DNA of 64,000 nucleotides from the human T2T-CHM13v2.0 reference genome, Homo sapiens, in NCBI RefSeq assembly GCF_009914755.1, contig NC_060941.1. One strand, given 5' to 3'. A program made the position numbers and the translations under genes. The notes under the pieces were generated by a model, which was not told the DNA's origin, ran no database searches, and worked only from the letters and a program-made list of their open reading frames with translations. Of the stretch, positions 55,946-64,000 are shown piece after piece (the first letter of the stretch is position 1; every line of letters starts with the position of its first letter).

Positions 55946-58024
55946 CCTAGAAAGTTTTTTTTTCTCCAACTCTAAAAGCTTAATTGTCTCAACTTGTAAA
56001 TCTCTAAAGCATAACATGTTTGAGCTTAGTCTTCCAGAGTCCATAAACCCAACAGCTTTGGTGACAAATTATCTACTGGTTGTCTCCATGGCATACTACA
56101 AGTGAGTTCTAGTCTGCCAGTTGGGAGTGGACGAACAGTTTTGAAACAGTTTGAGTGAGGACCTTCAGAAAGGACCTGGGGACAGGAGCGTGAAGCAAAG
56201 GTCCAGATGCTAAGCCCTTAGAAAGCCCTTTTGGTTTGAAGCCGTTTATTATCATAAAGATCCCTGCTGGTTTGTCCTTGGTCTCCAAATGTCAGATGTC
56301 AACATATTGTTACTTGGTCCTTCACCCACCTGATGACTTCCTACAGATCTCAGTGCGGCCCTTCTCTTAAACGAGGTTGTGTTTTCATTCTGCTGTTTCC
56401 AGTCCACCTAAATGTTAGGGGCCATTCTTCACAGAAGGTGTTGGGGGAGAGTGGGGCCACAGCGTGGATGCTAACGTGTTCTGTTGTGGCAGGGGTGGGG
56501 AGTTCTTTGTTTCCAGATGCCCCCTCTTCTAGTCCTGGGTGTGCTTTGTTTGAACCCTGCTAGATTGACCTTTGGTATATATAATGTGAGATCTCTTTTC
56601 TTGGAGCCAGGCAGCATAAAGGACACTTACTGATGAGCACCTACTGGCATATTAGTGGCTTTTTTTTTTCTGTGTCATTTTTATTCTCTGTCAGCCCTAT
56701 GAGGTTAGTACAGTGATTAGTTTGTGGGTGAAGAAACAAGATCCGAGTAGAGTAAACTGGTCCCTGGACACAGCAAGGGCTGGACTGGCTTGGACCTGGG
56801 CTGGGGCGTGCTCCCCACCTCCTCCTCTGCCCCTGCCGCCCCCCATGCTCATTGGTTGTTGCTTATTTACTGCCCCTTTATCACCACATCCTCATTCAGG
56901 AAACTAAACTGGGTTTTACAAAGATTAAAATCATTGATCCCACATATGGAGTCTGACTTAAGTGTGTTCAGCCTCGTTACAACTCTGTGAGGGAGATATT
57001 CCCTATTACAGAACATCTTCATTTTATGGGAAACTGAAGTACAGGATCCTACTCTTAACTCTCTTGTCTTTCCAAAGCCATATTTTATCATCAGAATTAT
57101 GCAACCATCGGGTGCTTTTGAAATGCACAAGTAATGACTATGAATAAAAAAAGCTGTGCCTGAGGGCTCAGGGAAACTGCTCTGAAGACTGAGCTGATTG
57201 AAAAAGACAATCCTGAAGTCACTAATTTCCCGACACCTGTCAGACCTCACTTGGAGGTCACAGACCATCTCCTGGCCCTCCAAAGGCTGTCACCCAGCAG
57301 TAGCTGGCCTCCTGATTAGAGGAGGCAGTAAGATCTTTTCAAGCACAGCCCCAGCCCCCATCCCTTCTCTGGCCTGGGCCTGGATGTGCCTTTGTGAGGT
57401 TGGGTCGATGACAGATCTGAAGGACAGTTCAGTCTTCTGTACACTCCTTCTTGCCCCTCCTTTCTGCCACTCCCAAGAAAAAGGAGCAGGAGTGATTCTC
57501 ACTTTCCTGAACTGCCTTGGAGGGAGACCCACACTCAGCTGTGCCTTTAGCTGTCTCTGGGAGAAAAGGCCGTGCTGCAAATAACCTCCCTGCTTTGTCC
57601 TTTGGCTTTGGTGTGGCTCACCTGGCCAAGCATGTGCTGGTGCTATTTTTAGCAGGTGGCATCCTTTAGGAGGGCCAAGTGCATGTGGCTGCAGTGTACG
57701 GGACAGGTCCTGGTGCCAAAGCTGCTGCTGTCTCTGCTGCCACCGCCTCGTCAGGAGAGAGAGGAGAATAAAGCCACCCTGGAAGCTGCCAAGGGGTGTG
57801 TGGAGGGGGTGGCTGCTTAAGAGGTCTCCAGGGCTGCCTTTTCTATTCTGGATCTGTGGCAGGGGCCCAGCCTGCCTCCTGGTGCAGGCAGGCATGTGAC
57901 TGAGGCAGCCCGGGGAGCTGGGGAGCTGGGGAGCTAGGTGTCAGACTGCTGCCTGGGGAGTGAGGACCCCTTGTTGCCCCAGCAGGCAATTTTTCAGGAA
58001 ACCACATAACCCCATTAAAAACAT

Positions 58025-58336
58025 TATTTATTTATTTATTTATTTATTTAGAGATGAGGTCTTGCTTTGTCACCCAGGCTAGAGTACAGTGGCTCGATCA
58101 TAGCTCACTGCTGCCTTGAATTCCTGGGTTCAAGGGATCCTCCTGCCTCAGCCTCCCAAGTACCCGGGACTATAGGTGCACATCATGATGCCTGGCTAGT
58201 TAAAAAAATTTTTTTTGTAGTGATGGGGTCTCATCACCTTGCCCAGACCCATTTCAAGACTCCTAGGCTCAAGTGATCATTCCATGTTGGTCTCCCAAAG
58301 TGCTGAGATTACAGGTGTGAGCCACCGTGCCTGGCC
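58025..58336 (-). mobile_element. AluJ with (TTTA)n tail
   Basis: Reverse Alu consensus. Confidence 0.85.
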
Positions 58337-60951
58337 CCATAACTTCATTTTTGTGTGAAGTTGCCCAGCCTAAAGGCTGGCCACTAAATGGACACTTAAA
58401 AACTCTCTAATAGTGTGGATTGGTGGGCAGTCTGATTCCTCTGGCTTAAACCAAAATGCAAACATGAAAGGAGGCATGGCCATAGACCCCCGGTGAGAAT
58501 TCTTTACTGTGATGACACAGAAGCTGAAGAGGGATGAAAAAGCAGTTTGACCAGCAAGCTTGCTGGTTCCCTAGGCCACCCTTTCTTCTCTCCTTTTCAG
58601 TTCCTCCTTCCCTCTAACTTGGAGCTGCTAACTCCAGCCCATCTAACTGTTTCTGATTAAGAAAGCTTCAAGCCTTATAAGGCCCTCTGTTGCCTATGGT
58701 TTATGTTGGCTGGAGAGCAAGGTTGTTTTTTGCAAAGTCTGATTCAAAGAAGTGGCAAGGGCTTACGTAGGCTGTGTGTGTCCGCCTCCTGGGGCTGGAC
58801 TGCCTTATTGGAACAGGTTCCTTTGAGGGAGCCTGAGAGTAAGGGGGGCTTATTATCCCTTACCCTTAGTGGTGGCTCTGTAAGGCTAATGTGTGGTGTG
58901 GCCACAGGGCTTCCTGGCAAGTGTATTCGCTGAGAACTTAAAGGTAAAAGCAAGCCCCTGTTTACCTACACAGTGTACCTGTCATGCTACCAGCCACAGA
59001 GGCATCCTGTTTCAGGAATCAAGTCTGGAAGCAGCTTCTGCTTATTAATTAAGAACTAAAGCCCCTTGGCTCTTCAGGCACATCGCTTTCCCCTCTGGAG
59101 AAAGTTTGGTGGACCGTGTCCCTTGGGGTTCTTGCGAGTCCGACTGGCCTTCCGCGCAGTGATGTTGGAGAGCCCTTTTTCTGAGAGCCATGCTCTGCCT
59201 CATCTTCACCTCCCCTCTTGCTACCTCTTGAGTCAGCCAAGCCTGTTCCTGCCTTAGGACTTTGGCACATGTTCTTCCTGCCTGGAACTTTCTCCCCGCT
59301 CTCCTCCTGCTTCCCCCCAGATCTTGGCACAGTTCTCAAGTGTTCCAGTTCTGATGCCACCTCTTCCAAGAGGCATTCCCGCCTCATTCTGTCTGCAGCT
59401 TCCCCTTCCAAGTGCTCCATCCAGCCTTTCTCATTTCAACCACAGCACACAGAAAAGGACTAGGTGACCGTTCCTCAACTCTCCCAGCTGGTGCCCTGCT
59501 ACACGCACAGGGATATAGGTAATTCATCACATGCAAGGGCAGCCTTAGGGCTCAGTTCTCTCAATCAGTTGAGAGAGGCTGCAGGTCTTTATATTTAAGT
59601 CGCGGAATCTTTGCAGTATCTTACCTGTAATTTGACTCTCTACCCTTCCTTCCACCTTTGCTTCCTGAGGGATCTCTTTGCCTTATGTGCCCAGCGAACT
59701 TGGCTCACAGTGCGTGTTAAACTCTTTGTTAAATGACTGGCCCTGAGAGGTCCAGCCATCTGATGCTGGCTAGCCCTCAATGCCTTGCTTCCAGAGGGAT
59801 CTAACCTGTCAATAAGCATGCTCTCTTTTTGATATTACTATTATGTCAGCTGGGCAGCTGGGGGTCTCTGAAGCAAAATTGGCATCAATTATTATAGGAA
59901 AATAAGGCCTTACAAGTTTGTACACAGATGAGTTGACATTAATGCAAATTTAGGATGGTTAATAAGAAACATAAAGCTGTGTGGTAATAGAGCATGCATT
60001 GCTACTTGTATGTATCTTAATAACGTGTTTTCTATCAAAACATTACTTGTAGAAAGGATTTGGCTTTTGACTGTGTACAAGGCTTGAAAGGACAGTCCTT
60101 TGCCCACTGCCCCCCACCCCCATTACTTTCAATTCTTCCAGCTGTCCCCACCATTGTCAGTAGTATTATTTTCTTTCTTTTTAAGGATTATTATCTGATT
60201 TGTTTTTCTGCTGTGGGAGATAGGATTTAGCTCGTTCCTATGCTTTTTTCTTCCCTCATCATCCCAGTGTAGAGATAGCCCAAGTTTTGGTCAAGTTGAT
60301 CTTCAGAATATACATTATTATAATATGAACCTTGTTTATGGCTGCAAGGTTTTTAGTTTCCCATATTTCTTCTTTTCCTTCATTTTCTTCTTCTCCTCTC
60401 CTAGTTAATTTCCTTAGTTTCTTTTGCTTAATTTTCTGTCTCTCTCACCAGTTCCCTGACCACCTCGCAGCCTCCACCATTGCTGTGGAATGCCTGTCAT
60501 TGGGGGAAAGTGGCTCTCACTGTGGCTCCACATACCAGGTACTCGCAACGGTTCCACGTTTCTCCTGGGCGCATCCCTTTTCCCTGGCTCTGCTTCCCCT
60601 TCAGCCTTGGAATTCCCTCTCCCCTTCTCTTGTCTCGTTTCTGGATCCAGTGCCCCTCCTTTCTTGGTTGATTTCCTTGTCTTGGGGGAGCCCATCGTTC
60701 AGTAGCTTGCTGAGAAGGTGTGCGTGGTTTGTGGCCCACAAGAAGCCAGCCGATCCATGCAGGGACAGGCACCTTTGAAGGCATGGATTGGGCCTTCAGT
60801 TGGGTGGCTGAAGTCAGCAGACAACTAGGCCTGTGGAGCCCTTCCGCCAGGCCAGGCCAGCAGAAGGTCTGGCTTCACTTTTTAGAGAAGTTATAAATGT
60901 GGCGATCTGGATTTGGGTACCAGGGAGTGGTGAAAATGGGTCCCCCCCAAC

Positions 60952-61798
<847 letters not shown>

Positions 61799-63179
61799 TG
61801 TTTGGGCTTTTTTTTTTTTTTTTTTTCTCTTCTGCCCTCCACTACTCCCCGCCAAGACTGAAAGTGCCTCGAGGGCAGTGCCTTGCCTGATTAATTTGTG
61901 TCCCACCATGCTTTTCTCTGTGAGTGCCAGTAATTATTTGTTGAATAGAAATTACCTTCTATGCTTTTATGTGATTTCTGGGGTGGTCGTAGTTCACTGT
62001 CTGCCATTAGGAAGATCAGGGTCTTACCTCTTTGGTTTTGCCCATGTGAGGTGCTGCGAAGGGTTTCTTGCTGCACACCAACATCTTTTCTGATGTCTTT
62101 ACTGGCTTTTAAGTCAGGTTGTTGTCAGATTGCCATTTCATACTTTTTGGGCAGTTTTGTGTAATGTCTTCTGTGGTCGTGGGCGGGAACTCCATGTACC
62201 CAGGAAGGCATTCCTGGCACCTGTGTTGTGACCATCTTTAGAAACCTGGCGGAATTCACTTGTAAAGCAAGATGGTTGTCAAGGCCAGAGGTGAGGGGCA
62301 AGGTGAGTGTGACATAGTCTTCAAAGTTTTAAAATCCACACCCCTACCCCCAAAATGAAGTGATTAGGAAGACCTTTGTAGGAGGTGCTGATGATTTTTC
62401 CTTCACGAAAAGAGGCATGTGACTTGGACCTGCCATGGATTTGGCCAGCAGAGCAGGAAAGAGACTGGGCAGTTCAACCTCGGGTACTAAGTTTTCCAGA
62501 GCAGGAGTTGGTTTAACTTTTAGTTGGGCTGGCGGAGCTCTTACTTTGAGGCCATGTCCAGAGATGGTATTTCTGGCTTTTGGCTTGTCTTGTCTTACCT
62601 AGAGCACCTGGTAGTGGATTCAGGGTTTTCATTTTGGCCGTAGAAGGCTTTGCCAAGCAGGTACTCAGACACTACTGGGTTAAGCTTCTGGCCTTCCTTC
62701 TGTGAATTGGGCTGGGAAAGTGTCCCGAGTTCCTGACAGCTGCTCTACGTGGAAGGGCAGAAGCACCCACAAAGTGTGCTGGTCTGGTGGTGCTGGCCCC
62801 CCTGGCTTCTCTGTGGGCCATCACAATGGAGGGTGGGGGACAGTCCTAGACAGGACCTCACAACCCCACTGTGAGCTAATTTGGGATCTCTAGGGTACCC
62901 ACATGAAGTCATAGCTTACTGTGACTTACACAGGCCCCTGAGGATGAAGGTAACAGTCCTGTGAGCACTGAGGCTGGGCTGGGACCAACACCTGAGCCAT
63001 GGCTCCAGCACTCTGATTCCTGGCCCAGCCATGCTGCTGAGGGTGCACAGCCCAGGCCTACCATCGCCCCCACCCTTGGTGGCAGAACCGAGCACTACCC
63101 AGCAAGGTAGGTGTTGGCGGCTGCAGCATGTATCCAGCCCTCCTGTTCATTGGGGCCTTCTGGGAACACCCTTTAGAGC

Positions 63180-63325
63180 TGCATTGTCCAGTAGGTAGCT
63201 GCCAGCTGCAGGTGGAGAGTTCAAGTTAACCTAAAGTAGAATTCAGTGCCCTAGTCACACTGGTCACATTTCAAGTGCTCAGTAACCTCCCATGACTAAG
63301 TGGCTGCCAGTATTGGATAGCAGTC
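63180..63325. mobile_element. MER3-like DNA transposon
   Basis: GTCACATTTCAAGTGCTCAGTAACC..GTGGCTGCCAGTATTGGATAGCA. Confidence 0.6.
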
Positions 63326-64000
63326 ACTCTTGAGGGTCACCGAGACCTTTACCTCTTGTGACCTACTCTACTTTACCATGTTGCAACTGCTGCGACTATG
63401 GCTCCTGTGGCAAAGGTCAAACTCTTTGTCTCGCCTGACCAGCACTTCAGCTCCTAGGATTTCTTCCTGTTTTACTTTGGGACTCACTGTTCCCTCCCAT
63501 GCCCAAAGATATTAGAACCTCAATTTATGTCCTGTCCCCCTCCCTACCCACCCACTGCAGCCTAAGGAAATCCTGGCCCTCTTTGAGAAAGCCTTCCTGG
63601 GCTCCCTTTGCCCACTTCTCAGCTGCTTGTGGCGCAGGGGTGTGTGTGTGAGTGAGTGAGAGAGATTGATTCTTCCATCAGAATCGTGTGCTTCTGGTGA
63701 TCAGAATCTTCTGCTTATAGCAACTTAAACATATTTGAATGAATGAGCAAGGTGAATGACTGTGACCTGATGAGGAAATAGGTAAATGCATCTGATACAA
63801 GCCAAGAGGCGCTTTTGGAATCTTGCGGAGAACTCCGAGTTTGTGATTTTCCTCGACCAAACTCCCATGGAAGGGAGTATGCCTCTGCCTGGCCACAGAC
63901 TGCTGTCATTCTCTGAATGCAGTGGCTGAAGTGCTGGGCTTTAGGTTCTGATTCCCTGCCCTTGGAAGACCCCCTTCAAGGGGAAGAGTCCCTCAGCAGG

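Noticed and set aside
57198-57895. 201-aa and 128-aa intronic ORFs
   Set aside because: No recognisable homology, no clear exon boundaries, and overlapping on opposite strands.

Overview
This is primate (almost certainly human) genomic DNA, very Alu-rich, with no intact protein-coding region. It has two gene-like landmarks. The first is a processed pseudogene of the E3 ligase RNF126 at ~11.9-13.85 kb (+), with a lost ATG, a frameshift, a nonsense codon, a broken RING, a poly(A) tail and a TSD. The second is a CpG-island promoter with non-coding first exon(s) at ~51.1-52.95 kb, followed by intron-like sequence to the window end. From recall, the sequence and the ~40 kb spacing fit RNF126P1 and AKAP1 on human chr17q22; this was not checked by alignment. 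The rest is Alu, MIR, L1, L2, LTR and DNA-transposon relics plus microsatellites. Repeat subfamily names are by eye and their boundaries are approximate. The most unusual structure is at 25.1-26.9 kb: a 449-bp, ~97%-identical inverted duplication around an 814-bp spacer. A split LTR, a 14-bp inverted micro-duplication and a hairpin at the junction suggest a ~1.25-kb inversion formed by staggered breaks or template switching. Other oddities are a ~65-bp target-site duplication, a chimeric double Alu inside one TSD, and strong CpG retention plus a TATA-like site and new start codons at the pseudogene. I see no evidence for a new multi-gene system.
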